From IMG/VR virus record IMGVR_UViG_3300022744_000026, positions 14,098-78,097 of that record: a stretch of 64,000 bases of DNA. The stretch is one strand, 5' to 3'. The notes under the pieces were generated by a model that had not been told where the DNA came from, ran no database searches, and was given only the letters and a program-made list of their open reading frames with translations. The position numbers and the translations under genes were made by a program. This DNA is from a virus. Shown piece by piece: positions 63,296-64,000 of the stretch (positions are counted from its first letter, which is position 1; every line of letters starts with the position of its first letter).

Positions 63296-64000
63296 ATGCC
63301 CACATTCCAGACCATCCACACGAATTACGGGCTGTCGCGCATCACGGCAGCGCTATCGTCGGGCGTGCCGATCAACCTGACGCAGTTGGCTGTCGGCGAT
63401 GGTGGCGGCTCGTCAACGACGCCGGCCCCGACGCAAACCGGACTGGTGCACGAGGTCTGGCGCGGCACGGTCAACCGGATCGTCACTGACCCGGCGCTGC
63501 CTGGGCGGATCTTCGTGGAGGCCGTGATCCCGTTCGATGCCGGCGGCTGGACAATCCGCGAGTTCGGCATCTTCGATGATGCCGGGCAGTTGTTCGTGGT
63601 GGGCAATTTCCCGGCGACGTACAAGTCGGTCCCCAGCGACGGAGCCAGCACGGACGTGATCCTGCGCGTCGAGATCGTCATGTCGAACACCGCGGTGATC
63701 ACGCTGGTGGTCGACCCCTCGGTGACGATCGCCACGCAGTCGTGGGTGCTGACGAACGTGACCCGGTCGACCCTGGCGCCTGGCGGCACCACGGGGCAGG
63801 TCTGGACGAAGCTGTCCAATGTCAGCGGCGACGCCGACTGGCGCTCGCCCGGGTCGTCCACGATCATCGTGGATGCGGTGGAGGAGCCGGTGACGGCCCT
63901 TGCCGCCGGGCAGGCGACCATCAACCTGACGACGTGCACCACGCTCGGTCTGGTGGTGTTCATCGAGGGCGTGCGGATCCCCAAGGCCACGGGTGTCGAC
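63296..64000 (+). CDS. Tail fibre protein, N-terminal part (runs off the window)
   Basis: MPTFQTIHTNYG...LAVGDGGG...LVHEVWR...GGWTIREFGIFD...GNFP..YK, the P2 gpH-type N-terminus. Confidence 0.88.
   Translation, partial: MPTFQTIHTNYGLSRITAALSSGVPINLTQLAVGDGGGSSTTPAPTQTGLVHEVWRGTVNRIVTDPALPGRIFVEAVIPFDAGGWTIREFGIFDDAGQLFVVGNFPATYKSVPSDGASTDVILRVEIVMSNTAVITLVVDPSVTIATQSWVLTNVTRSTLAPGGTTGQVWTKLSNVSGDADWRSPGSSTIIVDAVEEPVTALAAGQATINLTTCTTLGLVVFIEGVRIPKATGVD

Noticed and set aside
63325-63990. 221-aa minus-strand ORF
   Set aside because: Shadow of the plus-strand tail fibre gene starting at 63296, which is missing from the track because it has no stop in the window.
1-64000. Integrase, att sites, diversity-generating retroelement, retron or CRISPR-Cas
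   Set aside because: No recombinase, reverse transcriptase, cas gene or template/variable repeat pair was recognised in this window.

Overview
About 64 kb of a high-GC tailed phage or prophage with a contractile tail (myovirus type). The host is probably a proteobacterium (inference only). No integrase, lysis cassette or genome end is visible. From left to right: (1) the 3' part of a primase-helicase; (2) a leftward block of small early genes (NrdR/Ogr-like Zn ribbon, HNH, Rap1a-like immunity protein, beta-clamp-like protein, KilA-N); (3) an AT-rich origin-like element; (4) terminase, a displaced tailspike and the portal; (5) an accessory block (structured RNA region with tRNA-Tyr, secreted protein plus OmpA-domain protein); (6) a head morphogenesis gene and three large polyvalent proteins (Acb1-like 2H phosphoesterase + ART-like; adenine methylase + LPD1/HExxH; SF2 helicase), interrupted by an island carrying a DfrB homologue, a second copy of the AT-rich element and a Bro-N antirepressor; (7) a Herelleviridae-like head module, then neck, tail and baseplate genes. 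Main new observations: a 14-copy late promoter, CGTGAC-N2-(C/T/G)ANNNT, that mostly sits 6-7 nt before an ATG (leaderless mRNAs); a shared hydrophobic-x-K(A/S) tag that appears to mark the polyvalent anti-defence proteins for head packaging and prohead-protease processing; a duplicated origin-like element; a c4/CI-like RNA switch before the antirepressor; and a probable +1 frameshift in the tail chaperone. All family assignments come from motif recognition by eye, not from database searches.
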